A model generated the notes under the pieces. It saw only the letters and a program-made list of their open reading frames with translations, did no database searches and was not told the origin of the DNA. This document shows, piece after piece, positions 63,713-64,000 of a DNA stretch of 64,000 nucleotides; the first letter of the stretch is position 1; each line of letters begins with the position of its first letter. Source of the stretch: Sarea resinae (lineage: Eukaryota); the NCBI GenBank assembly GCA_026026165.1, contig JAPEUD010000001.1, positions 434,001 to 498,000 of the forward strand. The letters run 5' to 3'. Both the position numbers and the translations under genes were made by a program.

Positions 63713-64000
<288 letters not shown>

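Overview
Intron-containing fungal genomic DNA from a filamentous ascomycete (Pezizomycotina-type gene structures and intergenic motifs). About 19 protein-coding genes were reconstructed by hand from GT/AG splice signals. In order: kin1 kinase, rcd1/CAF40, a WHIM/PHD chromatin protein, an HMG-box transcription factor, psf1, a small Ser-rich ORF, a G-patch/DUF1604 protein, cpcA/GCN4, whi2, sec13, an F-box protein, a secreted PQQ-type (AA12-like) dehydrogenase, a large hypothetical protein, gcn20, dis3, vma13, a LIM-domain protein and the 3' end of put2/prnC. No tRNA, rRNA, CRISPR array or recognisable transposon was seen. The most interesting signals are translational. cpcA has two AUG uORFs and a 231-codon stop-free, Met-free in-frame N-terminal extension bounded by the uORF1 stop. 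The neighbouring whi2 has a similar layout: two short uORFs and a 175-codon in-frame extension with no AUG in any frame, good-context near-cognate codons and a PPPY motif. Several amino-acid-starvation/TORC1 genes lie close together (cpcA, whi2, sec13, gcn20, vma13, put2). A family of TACT-N3/4-AGTA palindromes and TACCT/AGGTA motifs recurs in the intergenic DNA. All family assignments come from motif recognition, not database searches.
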